From assembly GCA_966250335.1 (NCBI GenBank), contig CBINGZ010000019.1:13767-77766 (forward strand): DNA of 64,000 bases. Reading direction: 5' to 3'. The translations under genes were made by a program, and so were the position numbers. This DNA comes from an uncultured bacterium (GTDB lineage: Bacteria > Bacteroidota > Ignavibacteria > OLB7). Below the pieces are notes generated by a model. The model searched no databases. It worked only from the letters and a program-made list of their open reading frames with translations, and was not told the origin of the DNA. This document shows positions 31,305 to 40,818 of the stretch, in pieces (position 1 is the stretch's first letter; each line of letters begins with the position of its first letter).

Positions 31305-32600
31305 ATGCGCATACTTCTGACGATAGCAATATTGACGGTATGGTCATGCGCTCTGTGCTCACCGGCCGCCCGGGCCCAGACACCGCGTCCAATGACGGTG
31401 TGGATCGACACGACGACGCTGAACGCCTGCGACAGCGGGACGTTTCTTCTCCGGGTCTGGGCAGGTACGCCCACCGAATCGGGGATGCAGATCGGGTTCG
31501 GTCCGGAGGATAGCCTCTATCTCTTCAGGTTCGTACTCTGGTGGGATCGGTCGAAGTTCGACATAGATCCCGTCCTTCAGCTCCCTGGTAACGGAATTCC
31601 CTCGTATCTTGCGTCGCGAGCGAGGGATCGGCCGGTTACCAAGGATCCAAAGGAAGGGATCCTGTACATCGAGGCCGGAAACATCGATCTGAAACCTCTT
31701 GTCGGTCAGAACATGCCTCTGGTCGTGTTCAAGGCAAGAGTAACGGCCGGAGATACCTTCAGCGGGCTGGACGGCTGGGCTGAGGTCAGGCCGATCGAGG
31801 AAATGTTTGAAGGGGCGAAACCGTACGGGCCGGTGACCCGGCACTTCGGCTTCGTCCATGTTGTCAAAGACACGACTCCGGCGTACACAGGAAGGATCGA
31901 TGTCACCGATGCGCTTTTCGACTCGCTTCGAACCGATACGGTGACGGTCACGACGGAGAATCTGGGCAACAGGAAGGTCAAGGAAATTGCCTTCGCATTA
32001 CGTGCCGATACGTCCTACTATGCGTTCAGGGATACCGTTCGACTCGGCACATTGTCGGACGGTCCGGGATGGAGCGAGATTGAGACCTATGTCGCGGCCG
32101 ACTCCATCTACGGCAGGTTCGTGAGAACCGATGATCTCCTGACGGACGGCCCGCTCCTGCGGATCGTCCTGGAACGACGGACCGACAGTTCTTTCTCTCG
32201 TCCTCTGCAGGTTACGTCGTTCGGCGTGAACCCCGAGTCATGCCTCGGGAAGTTCGAATCGACGGGAGCCGAGATCGTCGCCAAGGCGGTCGGAGAGGAA
32301 CCGGTCGACACCGTGACAACGTCGGTGCCGCGTGACGAGAAGGAACGACGTGAGGATGTCGTCACGGTTATTCCCGGCATATCGGGGAGTAAGGTGACGG
32401 TTCTGAGCAGGGAAATGGACGTGAAGAGGGTGGAGCTGTACGACGGGATGGGGAGAAGGGTTCCGCTTGCGTCGGTCAGACCGGCCGGGGAACATGAGGT
32501 GGTGGTCGTACCCGCAGAAAACCTGCCGAATGGCACGTATTTTGTGGTGGTCCATGGCCATGAAGAAGTCATTCAAAAGCAATTCTCAGTTATAAAGTAA
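31305..32600 (+). CDS. secreted hypothetical protein with C-terminal beta-sandwich, T9SS-like tail
   Basis: Signal peptide MRILLTIAILTVWSCALCSPAARAQ; C-terminus ...VELYDGMGRRV...NGTYFVVVHG. Confidence 0.7.
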   Translation: MRILLTIAILTVWSCALCSPAARAQTPRPMTVWIDTTTLNACDSGTFLLRVWAGTPTESGMQIGFGPEDSLYLFRFVLWWDRSKFDIDPVLQLPGNGIPSYLASRARDRPVTKDPKEGILYIEAGNIDLKPLVGQNMPLVVFKARVTAGDTFSGLDGWAEVRPIEEMFEGAKPYGPVTRHFGFVHVVKDTTPAYTGRIDVTDALFDSLRTDTVTVTTENLGNRKVKEIAFALRADTSYYAFRDTVRLGTLSDGPGWSEIETYVAADSIYGRFVRTDDLLTDGPLLRIVLERRTDSSFSRPLQVTSFGVNPESCLGKFESTGAEIVAKAVGEEPVDTVTTSVPRDEKERREDVVTVIPGISGSKVTVLSREMDVKRVELYDGMGRRVPLASVRPAGEHEVVVVPAENLPNGTYFVVVHGHEEVIQKQFSVIK

Positions 32601-32629
32601 CATCTCTCAAAGCCAAGGAGATTTGATCC

Positions 32630-35600
32630 ATGCGTAATCGGTATTGGTTGGTAGGGATGAAGGTGCTGGCGGTTCTAGCACTTCTGACCGTAGCTTCGAG
32701 CCAGAGCTTCGGACAGGGGCTGAACCGGAAGCATCTCCCCACAATTACCCTGCAAAAGTGGACCGGCGATCCCAGAGGCGTCCTTGCACGAGACACCCAC
32801 TTCGTGTCGGAGCCCGGGCCTGGCGAGAAGCGCTACCTGCTTCTGCCGGTCTTCATGAAGAACTGCCTTGATACGGCGTACGATCCGGTGACCGGTTACC
32901 CCGGCGAGCGGATCTACAGCTTCCGTTTCAAGCTCCAGTACAACAGAACGCTCATCAGGGCGATCGGCGTCCAGAAGCGCGGCCAGTTCCCGAATGACAC
33001 GGAACAGGTTGCCGCTCGCGATTTCAACATCAGCTGGGACGTCGACGATGATGCCACATACAAGGCGTCGACGGTAGGCGCCAACTCGGCCAACGGCCAG
33101 CGCATCATGGTGACCGGCAGCTCCTCCATTCCGCTGCCGCTTCCGAACCTTCCCAACACCCCTCCGGGCTCGAAGGGTTGCCAGTGGAAGGATACGGTTC
33201 CGATGCTCTATGTTCTCTTTGAAGTGGTCGGCACCTCGCAGGGTGGCACCTCGGGCGCCAACAGCGACCAGGTCATCCTGACGCTCGACTCGCTCCGGTT
33301 CAACGAGTACGCTCCGGCGAACGTGACCCAGGAGATGATCAACAAGGGCTTCGATCTCTTCCAGGAGGGTGTTGCTCCGACCCGTATCATCGACCCGAAC
33401 ACGGGCAGGCCGTTCATCCCGAACAGCTACGGCACCTCGATCGTGACGATCACGCCGCAGCCTCGTATCGATCTGCTGCCTCCCAGCCAGGTTGTCCGAG
33501 TCAACAACGATGCTTCGAACTATGAACTTCTCTTCCCATTACAGACTCAGTACGGTAATCCGAACAGAATCTTCCGGAATATCCTGCTCGTGAACGGTGT
33601 TGCCGGGACGAGGCTCCGCAACGTAACGGTGGAGACCGACCAGGCATGGCTCCGTATCGACACGGCAGATCCGAACGTCCAGCCGGGCGTCGGCGCCGGC
33701 GGCACGAACCCCGGCGACCGCGGCATGTTCATCCGTAACGTGCCGAACCAGCTCAACTTCAACGTGATCGCCAACCCGTCGCTTCTGCCGACGAGCCCTG
33801 ACGGCTCGGGCTATGCGACGCCGGGCATCTACACCGGATATATCACGCTCCGCTCGGTCGACGCTCTCAACAGCGCCGTTCGTCTGCGCGTGGTTCTGAT
33901 CGTGAACCGCAACCCGCTCGAGTCGGCGATGGACCTCTCGCAGGAGCCGACGCAGACCCGCGGCATCCGCCTGCTGGTCCGCAATTCCGCTCCGAACCCG
34001 GATACGACCTATCTGACGTTCGGCACCGGCAAGGGCGCTTCCGACGACATCGACACGCTCTTCGGTGAGACCGAGGCTACCGCCTATCCGAGCCAGAGCA
34101 TCTTCTTCGCTCGCTGGTTCCCGCCGCGCATGGTCGACAGCGCAGCGGCTGCAGGCGGCCAGTTCAACGGTCTGATCGACACGCGCGGGCTTCCGCCGCT
34201 GCCGACCAACCCGTCGTTCAACCGTCCGAGCCTTGATATCCGGAACTATCGTACCGACACGACGCTCGTCTACTGCGCCCAGTTCGGCGCCGGCGCGCCG
34301 CAGAACTACCCGATCGTGATCGAGTACGATACCCGCGACTTCCCGGTCGACGCGCAGCTCTTCATCCGTGACAACGTCAACGGCACGATCTTCAACACCG
34401 ATATGCGTGGCTCCACGCAGACCGGCAGCACGACCCGCACGTTCGTGATCCGCGATCCGAACATCACCGGGTTCTGCATCGAATACACGCTGCCGTCGGT
34501 GATTACGACGGCTGAGGTGGTCGCTAAGGGCTGGAATCTGGTTTCGATTCCGGTGAAGCCTTCGAACCCGAACACGGGTGTTGTGTTCCCGAACGCCTCG
34601 TCCGGCAAGCCGGTGACGTTCACCAGCAATCAGTGGCAGGAAGTCGACACGGTGTCGGCAGGTATCGGTTACTTCGTGAAGTACAGCGAGACTCTCGATC
34701 GCACGATCTCGGGTGTTCCGGTGAAGCGCATCGACAAGGATCTGCCGCTCTACATCACCGTGAAGGTCTTCCGCGGCTGGAACACGGTGGGCGCCCTCGC
34801 GGTGCCGACGACGACCGACCCGGCCTACATGTACTTCAAGCCGATCAACACGTCGCAGGGAACGCCGAACCGTAACGGCGAAGTCTACAGCTACAAGCCG
34901 CAGCGCGGTTACGAGCAGACGTCGCAGATCCTCCCGGGCCTGGGTTACTGGGTGAAGGTCGATCGTGACGGCTACTATACCCTCTATCCGCCCGCAAGCG
35001 AACTGCTCGGCGGCGGCAAGACGGCTGTGAAGGCTGCCGACTACATGAGCCTCTCGCAGCTCAGCCTGAGCGACGACGCCCAGCGCAGCAGCACGGTCTA
35101 CTTCGGCCGCAACGGAGCGATCGACAACGGTCGCTACGAGCTGCCGCCGGTTCCGGGTCCGTCGCTCTTCGACGTCCGTTTCAACAACAACGGCTTCGTG
35201 AGCGCTGCCGGTGAAGTCGACGGATCGCACACGGTCAACTTCCAGGGCGTCGACTACCCGGTCGTCCTCTCGGTCACGAACCCGGATGCGAGCTACATCG
35301 TCACCGATGCGGCAACGGGCAAGGTGCTCGGTACGTTCGAGCAGGGCAAGGCAGGCTCCATCCGGATCACCGATCCGATGGTGAAGTCGGTGAAGCTCGG
35401 CGGCGTCGCCGTCAGCTCGATGAACCTGGGCGCAGCCTTCCCGAACCCGACGACCGACGCCGTGAACTTCGAGTTCAACGTCCCGACGGAGCAGCAGGTC
35501 TCGATCGTCCTCCTCAACTCTCTGGGAGATGAGGTTGCCGTCCTCTTCAACGAGACGGCCAAGGGCGCGAACCGCATCGAGTTCGAGACGGTCGGTATCC

Positions 35601-35677
35601 CGTCCGGCACCTACTTCTACAAGATGACGACCGCTGATGGATTCTCGCAGATCCGTCAGGTTGTGATCGCGAAGTAA
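32630..35677 (+). CDS. large secreted T9SS cargo protein (1015 aa)
   Basis: SD AAGGAG; signal peptide; C-terminal T9SS domain (FPNPTTDAVNFEF...SGTYFYKMTT). Confidence 0.85.
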   Translation: MRNRYWLVGMKVLAVLALLTVASSQSFGQGLNRKHLPTITLQKWTGDPRGVLARDTHFVSEPGPGEKRYLLLPVFMKNCLDTAYDPVTGYPGERIYSFRFKLQYNRTLIRAIGVQKRGQFPNDTEQVAARDFNISWDVDDDATYKASTVGANSANGQRIMVTGSSSIPLPLPNLPNTPPGSKGCQWKDTVPMLYVLFEVVGTSQGGTSGANSDQVILTLDSLRFNEYAPANVTQEMINKGFDLFQEGVAPTRIIDPNTGRPFIPNSYGTSIVTITPQPRIDLLPPSQVVRVNNDASNYELLFPLQTQYGNPNRIFRNILLVNGVAGTRLRNVTVETDQAWLRIDTADPNVQPGVGAGGTNPGDRGMFIRNVPNQLNFNVIANPSLLPTSPDGSGYATPGIYTGYITLRSVDALNSAVRLRVVLIVNRNPLESAMDLSQEPTQTRGIRLLVRNSAPNPDTTYLTFGTGKGASDDIDTLFGETEATAYPSQSIFFARWFPPRMVDSAAAAGGQFNGLIDTRGLPPLPTNPSFNRPSLDIRNYRTDTTLVYCAQFGAGAPQNYPIVIEYDTRDFPVDAQLFIRDNVNGTIFNTDMRGSTQTGSTTRTFVIRDPNITGFCIEYTLPSVITTAEVVAKGWNLVSIPVKPSNPNTGVVFPNASSGKPVTFTSNQWQEVDTVSAGIGYFVKYSETLDRTISGVPVKRIDKDLPLYITVKVFRGWNTVGALAVPTTTDPAYMYFKPINTSQGTPNRNGEVYSYKPQRGYEQTSQILPGLGYWVKVDRDGYYTLYPPASELLGGGKTAVKAADYMSLSQLSLSDDAQRSSTVYFGRNGAIDNGRYELPPVPGPSLFDVRFNNNGFVSAAGEVDGSHTVNFQGVDYPVVLSVTNPDASYIVTDAATGKVLGTFEQGKAGSIRITDPMVKSVKLGGVAVSSMNLGAAFPNPTTDAVNFEFNVPTEQQVSIVLLNSLGDEVAVLFNETAKGANRIEFETVGIPSGTYFYKMTTADGFSQIRQVVIAK

Positions 35678-35719
35678 GCCAAGGACACAGCCCGCTCCAG
35701 GCGGGTCGCCATAAGCAAC

Positions 35720-35746
35720 GGGCGGACTCTGCGAAAGAGTCCGCCC
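35720..35746 (+). terminator. 11-bp perfect hairpin (GGGCGGACTCT / AGAGTCCGCCC, loop GCGAA)
   Basis: Seen directly, downstream of the 32630 gene. Confidence 0.4.
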
Positions 35747-35816
35747 GTGTGCGTTCTGAACCATGGATGGAAGGATCGATTTGAGAACGTTGTTCATTAC
35801 CTGGAGGAAATCAACC

Positions 35817-36626
35817 ATGCATAGATGGATAGGCCTTATCGGGATGCTGCTGCTCCTCTGCGGTGCGGCAAAAGCCCAGGATATCAGAATTGTCGACTCG
35901 ATCTACTTCAGAAGTGAGGTGCAGAGCGACGGCGGGCGGTATCTGCCGTTCGGAGTCGGCTCGATATACACTGATGGTGTAGATCCCGGCACGCGCGATT
36001 TCGAGGTCCCCTTTGCTCCTCCCAGTGGACTCTACGCGTTGATGATAAAGGATGATGGCGCTTATTACGAAGGCGACCTTCGGGCTGTGCCCGACAGCGT
36101 GAGCGAGGAGGGAGCCAAACGGTTCTCGCTGACCTACAAGGTCCATTTACAGCGAGGGGCAGGACGTAAGATCATCATCGACTTCGTCAGACCTTTTGCT
36201 CCGGGAATCGATTCCGTCAACATGCGGGATCTGCTGACCGGGACACTCTTCAACCGTACGTTCCTGACGGGCGTCAGCGAGGATACGCTTCATGTGGAGG
36301 GGATCACTCAGTTGCAGGTGACGGTGTACTATAATCTACAGCCGTCGTCGGTCGACTATGTGAGCGAAGGGTTGAATGCGGGAAGATTGGCTCCGAATCC
36401 CGTATCTCTTCAGGAAGGTATCCGATACAGTGGGGAACTTCCTCGTGGAGCGGTGTTGATTATCAACGACCTGGCAGGGCAGACAGTCGCAACGATCGAC
36501 CTTGCTGAAACATCGGCGAATGGGATAATTCGATTGCCTTCGATGGCTCCTTCAGTCTATTTCTGCATGTTCGTGGACGATCAGGGGAGAGTGATAGATC
36601 GGGAGTCCATTATCGTAAATCCCTGA
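35817..36626 (+). CDS. small secreted protein with T9SS-like C-terminal domain
   Basis: Signal peptide MHRWIGLIGMLLLLCGAAKAQ; C-terminal RLAPNPVSL...VYFCMFVDD. Confidence 0.7.
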   Translation: MHRWIGLIGMLLLLCGAAKAQDIRIVDSIYFRSEVQSDGGRYLPFGVGSIYTDGVDPGTRDFEVPFAPPSGLYALMIKDDGAYYEGDLRAVPDSVSEEGAKRFSLTYKVHLQRGAGRKIIIDFVRPFAPGIDSVNMRDLLTGTLFNRTFLTGVSEDTLHVEGITQLQVTVYYNLQPSSVDYVSEGLNAGRLAPNPVSLQEGIRYSGELPRGAVLIINDLAGQTVATIDLAETSANGIIRLPSMAPSVYFCMFVDDQGRVIDRESIIVNP

Positions 36627-36642
36627 GCTCACTATGTGATAG

Positions 36643-37194
36643 TTGGGGAGGTCCGTTGTGGAAGTGATAAGTCGGTTTGACGAGAATACTCTGCCGGACA
36701 CAGCGGCTGAAAGGGCGTCGGCATTGATCAGAGATGCCGACGCCCTTTATTATTCTGATATTCGCCGTGGTCTGGCCCTGGCAACGGAAGCGCTCGAGAT
36801 TGCTACTGCCACCCAGTTGCCCAATCTTGCGGCAGAGGCGTGAAGATTGCTCGGCAACATCAAAAGCTATCTGGGAGATCACGATGAAGCATATATCGCA
36901 CTCTGCAACTCCCTACGACTGTTCGAGGACATAGGTGATCGTAGAAGAGCGGCGCTTGTCGAGGCCCTGTTAATATCATTTCAGGTTCCTCCGGAGAAGT
37001 ATGGAGAGACACAACGTAAACTTGTTGCAATTCCAGAGCTTCTGGAAGATTCGGAAAGTGTCCAGGTGCTTATTCCCACGGTGCAAGGGTATGCCATGCC
37101 GAAATATGACGATAGGTCAAACATCCACCGATGTATACGATGCCTTGGACAACGAGTAGTCTTAACAGAAAAGATCGATGAATATCATACGTGA
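36643..37194 (+). pseudogene. remnant of a TPR-type regulator N-terminal domain, interrupted by an in-frame TGA (36841-36843)
   Basis: Two same-frame ORFs separated only by one TGA. The TPR-like helices (LGNIKSYLGDHDEAYIALCNSLRLFEDIGD) resemble the N-terminus of the LuxR-TPR regulator at 59482. The region is markedly lower in GC. Confidence 0.45.
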
Positions 37195-37579
37195 GTGGCT
37201 GAATAAAGTATTTATGAGAATGTATAAAGTGCCTATTATTAAACTTCCTCCATTCGATCAGATGGTTAGATTGTTAAGGGATGTCAGAAATGTTCATATC
37301 TCATCTGAAACTTTGATGAGAGCAGTCGAAACCCATAGCTGGCGCTCAGACGGCCGACAACAACTATGATGAAGCAGATAACTGAAGGCCGATCCGATCC
37401 AGGTTCCAGAGGCGTGTCTTCTCTCACCAATACCCTCTTATAGCCTTACCGCTTACTATCCTACTTCCGCGCCGGTGAATCGCAGCTTCCATAACAGCCT
37501 CCCCATCTCCACTCATAAAGATCATACCGGCACATAATCCCGGATTGCCCCACTCCCCCCGTTCCCTTACTTTTGTCTC

Positions 37580-38155
37580 ATGATAAGACACATTCTCCCC
37601 GCACTCCTCATCTCCCTCCTCGCCGCCTGCGGCTCCGACGGCGATTGGGTGACCCATCAGGATGCCGAGGGGCGTTACTCCGCCGTCTTCCCGGATGAAT
37701 CCGAGGAACAGGAGTCCAGGGCATCCCTCCAGGTCCTCATCCCCTCCTACGGACTCAAGGAGACCAACCGGGGGACCGTGGAGAAAGCCAGGCTCAAAGG
37801 TCGCGACAGAGTCGCCTGGGAGGATGGAAGGTCGTACAGCGTGGTCTACAACGATATCCCCAGGGAGAGAGTATCCCTCGACTCCGCCGAGATCGAGAGC
37901 TTTCTCAACAGGACGTGCGAGTCCACCGTGTCGGGCTCCTCGGGAACACTCCTTTCGATGGCGAAGATCTCGCAGCAGGGGCATCCGGGACGCGAGATGT
38001 TCATCAGGCTGACGCAGCAGGATGCGATCATCCGGATGCGGATCATCCTTGCGGACTTCCGTGTCTACTACGTCTACTCGGGAGCACACGTCAGCAACCG
38101 GTCGCCGGAGAACGACAGCATCTTCTTCAACTGGTTCAAGCTGAAGGAAGGCTAA
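37580..38155 (+). CDS. hypothetical lipoprotein
   Basis: Lipobox LLAACGS; 191 aa. Confidence 0.65.
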   Translation: MIRHILPALLISLLAACGSDGDWVTHQDAEGRYSAVFPDESEEQESRASLQVLIPSYGLKETNRGTVEKARLKGRDRVAWEDGRSYSVVYNDIPRERVSLDSAEIESFLNRTCESTVSGSSGTLLSMAKISQQGHPGREMFIRLTQQDAIIRMRIILADFRVYYVYSGAHVSNRSPENDSIFFNWFKLKEG

Positions 38156-38338
38156 ACCGTTCCCTCCCCGCCGCGTCAGTTCCGGCGATCGATCGGGCGG
38201 CGTCGAACCTCTTCGAACCCAGTTTTCGTCTGGTGCGGCCCGATCACATCAGCTATCTTCACACGATTGCGGGTCGGTCCTCGTCTACGACCGGTAACCT
38301 CTCAATTGAACGTCCAACCGACTTCCCGACAGAAGATC

Positions 38339-38854
38339 ATGAAACGAACCCTGCTTCTTGCCGCCCTGTTCGCGTTCCTCGGCCTGGGGGCTTCATCCCT
38401 TTCGGCGCAGAATCTCACCAAGCTCACGAACCTGCTGGCGACCCCCGACGGCGCCCAGAAGTCCGCCGCGCAGCTCGGCGCCGGGAAGGTGACGATCGTC
38501 AGCTTCTGGGCCACCTGGTGCGTGCCGTGCAAGCAGGAGATGAGCGCCATCCATCCGATCTACGACAAACTGAAGGCGAACGGCGTGGAGTATATCGCCG
38601 TCTCCATCGATAACACCAAGACCATGTCGAAGGTCGGTTCCTTCATCACCTCGAAGGGCTATAACTTCCCGGTGCTTCTCGACCCGAACAGCGAGCTCTT
38701 CCGCTCGGTGAACGGCACCCAGGTTCCCTACACCCTCGTCTTCGGGGCCGACGGCAAGCTTGCCAGCAAGCACGACGGCTATCTGGCGGGGGATGAGGCG
38801 AAGCTGGAGAAGGAGGTCATGGAACTCGCCGCCAAAGCCAGGGAAACCAAGTAG
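38339..38854 (+). CDS. TlpA-like periplasmic thiol:disulfide oxidoreductase (thioredoxin fold)
   Basis: Signal peptide; WATWCVPC active site. Confidence 0.9.
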   Translation: MKRTLLLAALFAFLGLGASSLSAQNLTKLTNLLATPDGAQKSAAQLGAGKVTIVSFWATWCVPCKQEMSAIHPIYDKLKANGVEYIAVSIDNTKTMSKVGSFITSKGYNFPVLLDPNSELFRSVNGTQVPYTLVFGADGKLASKHDGYLAGDEAKLEKEVMELAAKARETK

Positions 38855-38896
38855 CGAACCGGCCACCGCGCGGCCGCAAACCGACATCCCATTCAT

Positions 38897-38936
38897 ACGC
38901 CGGAGTAGGATACCTGTCCCGCTCCGGCGTATTTTT
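38897..38936 (+). terminator. rho-independent terminator after tlpA-like gene
   Basis: ACGCCGGAG / CTCCGGCGT stem followed by ATTTTTGT. Confidence 0.6.
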
Positions 38937-38989
38937 GTATACTCGTTCCGGATGTGAACCCTCGATAACCTTTTCAACTACTGCACAGC

Positions 38990-40708
38990 GTGGCCTACCG
39001 ATTACTGCGCCGCGGCCTGATCGCCGCCGTGCCAACGATCTGCCTTCTCTCCGTCGGCCCCGTGTCGGCACAGGATACGGAGCCTTCCGGCCCGGAGGTC
39101 GACTACTCGATCTCCAACGAATTCCGCTACGGTATCGGTGAGCGATACGAAGGAGCGCTCCCCTACCGCAAGGAGTACCTGGAGAATCTCTTCAACACCA
39201 GAGTCTATGTGGGGGACTTTACGCTCGGGTTCCGCGCGCAGATCGACAAGCCCCGTGAGTACGGTCGCGATACGATCGGCATCAAGGAATACTTCCTGGA
39301 GTTCCGGCGCGACGGCCTTACGGCGCGCGGCGGCAACTTCTACAGCATGCTCGGGCGCGGTCTGGTCTTCAACACGTTCGAGAGCCGGCCGATCGGCTAC
39401 GATGCCCCGACGGAGGGGGTGAAACTGTCGTACGAAATCCCGGAGCTCACCGTGACCGGCTTCGGCGGTCTGATGGACTACGCCGATATCCTGAGCACCA
39501 CCCGGGTCGAGGAATACAGACTGCGGGCGATCTCCGGCGAGGTCCGTCCCGTACAGGGGCTGGGGGTCGGCAGCACCTATCTGGCGGCCAGCGGCCTGGC
39601 GCCGCGCGGCGGACCCGGCTTCCGCTTCCCGTTCGACGCCTATCTGCGCGAAGCCTATCTGAAGGGAACCTACGAGGGCTTTACCGGCTACCTGAACTAC
39701 GCCGATAAACGGATGCAGCAGGATAGCGCCTCGCGCGCCGTGCCCGGCTCCACCGAGCATGGGAACGCCTGGTATGCCCTGCTCGGCTACAGCGGCGAGA
39801 CCTTCGGGGTGACCGGGGAGTACAAGGATTACCGCTTCGATCTTACCACGCCCGATCGCCAGCAGTCGAGCGGCAGAGCCACCCGCGCGCTCCCGTTCCA
39901 GAACCCGCCGACCCTGGTGCCGGAATACGGTAAGACCCTGCTCGATAGAAACCCGCACGCCGTCGACTTCAGCGACGAGGTCGGCATCCACCTGGAAGCG
40001 CTCGTCTACCCGACCGACGGGCTCGTGGTGACCGTTCTGGGAGCCGCCGCCAGCCGTCACAATGCCTGGGACCCCCTGTTCGTCTCGGGTGAAACGGAAA
40101 TGGAGCGTGTCAACGAGCTCCCGAAGTCCTTTCCGGAGCTGAAGGATATTCGTTTCTCTCCGTACTGGGAGATCGCCACGCACGCGGAGTACGAGGTCGA
40201 CGAGGAGATGTCGCTCGGGTTCGCGCTCCAGCGCCGCGACAACCGCGTCTACCGCGAAGGGGACGGCAACGGGATCGAAGGACACTCGGAAGACTACACG
40301 GCGACGACCGCCATGCTGGAGTCGGAGATGTCGCTCGGCGGAACCGACAACCTCCACGCCATCCTCGAACTGCAGGATGTCTTCGACTCCAAGAAGAAGA
40401 CCAGCGGCATCGATTCGGCCGGGATCGCCCCCGACGACGGCAGGTACAACAACGTCCTGCTGACCGTCGAGTTCTCCCGCTCCCCCTCCTGGTCCGTCTA
40501 CGGACGCTTCGAGTGGACGACCACCGAGACCGAGCAGGGTGGGAAGAGAATCTGGCCGGTCATCGGCGGAACATATCGTATTGGGAGAACCCACACGCTC
40601 GGCCTTCAGTACGGCGCCGAGCGCGCCGGCGTGGTCTGCACCGGCGGCGTCTGCCGGCTGGTGAACTCGTTCGAAGGGTTCCGGCTCTCGCTGGTCAGCA
40701 ATCTCTGA
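38990..40708 (+). CDS. outer-membrane beta-barrel-like hypothetical protein
   Basis: GTG start and signal peptide. It has an alternating aromatic/beta-strand pattern and an aromatic-rich C-terminus. This gene family sits next to tlpA-like genes in Bacteroidetes. Confidence 0.75.
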   Translation: MAYRLLRRGLIAAVPTICLLSVGPVSAQDTEPSGPEVDYSISNEFRYGIGERYEGALPYRKEYLENLFNTRVYVGDFTLGFRAQIDKPREYGRDTIGIKEYFLEFRRDGLTARGGNFYSMLGRGLVFNTFESRPIGYDAPTEGVKLSYEIPELTVTGFGGLMDYADILSTTRVEEYRLRAISGEVRPVQGLGVGSTYLAASGLAPRGGPGFRFPFDAYLREAYLKGTYEGFTGYLNYADKRMQQDSASRAVPGSTEHGNAWYALLGYSGETFGVTGEYKDYRFDLTTPDRQQSSGRATRALPFQNPPTLVPEYGKTLLDRNPHAVDFSDEVGIHLEALVYPTDGLVVTVLGAAASRHNAWDPLFVSGETEMERVNELPKSFPELKDIRFSPYWEIATHAEYEVDEEMSLGFALQRRDNRVYREGDGNGIEGHSEDYTATTAMLESEMSLGGTDNLHAILELQDVFDSKKKTSGIDSAGIAPDDGRYNNVLLTVEFSRSPSWSVYGRFEWTTTETEQGGKRIWPVIGGTYRIGRTHTLGLQYGAERAGVVCTGGVCRLVNSFEGFRLSLVSNL

Positions 40709-40818
40709 CGATCCTCCCGGGAGTTCCACGGGATCTTCCCGGGATTCCTCCGCCGCGCCCGGCTCCGCCCGGTCGCTTCTATCGGGGCGCATTCACTCAT
40801 ATCAGGTATCGATACATC

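Noticed and set aside
33539-35818. 759-aa minus-strand ORF antisense to the 32630..35677 T9SS gene
   Set aside because: Arg-rich, low-complexity composition. The plus-strand product has a coherent secreted-protein architecture.
36841-36843. In-frame TGA as possible recoding (Sec/Trp/Gly) rather than a pseudogene lesion
   Set aside because: TGA terminates many well-supported genes in this window (e.g. MoxR, GAF, the McrC-like gene). No SECIS-like hairpin is evident, so decay is more parsimonious.
37178-37369. 63-aa ORF in the low-GC patch
   Set aside because: No recognisable features and atypical codon usage. It is possibly a remnant like the neighbouring pseudogene, so it is not called as a gene.
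39002-40792. 596-aa minus-strand ORF antisense to the OM beta-barrel gene
   Set aside because: Arg-rich and featureless. The plus-strand protein has a signal peptide and beta-barrel pattern.
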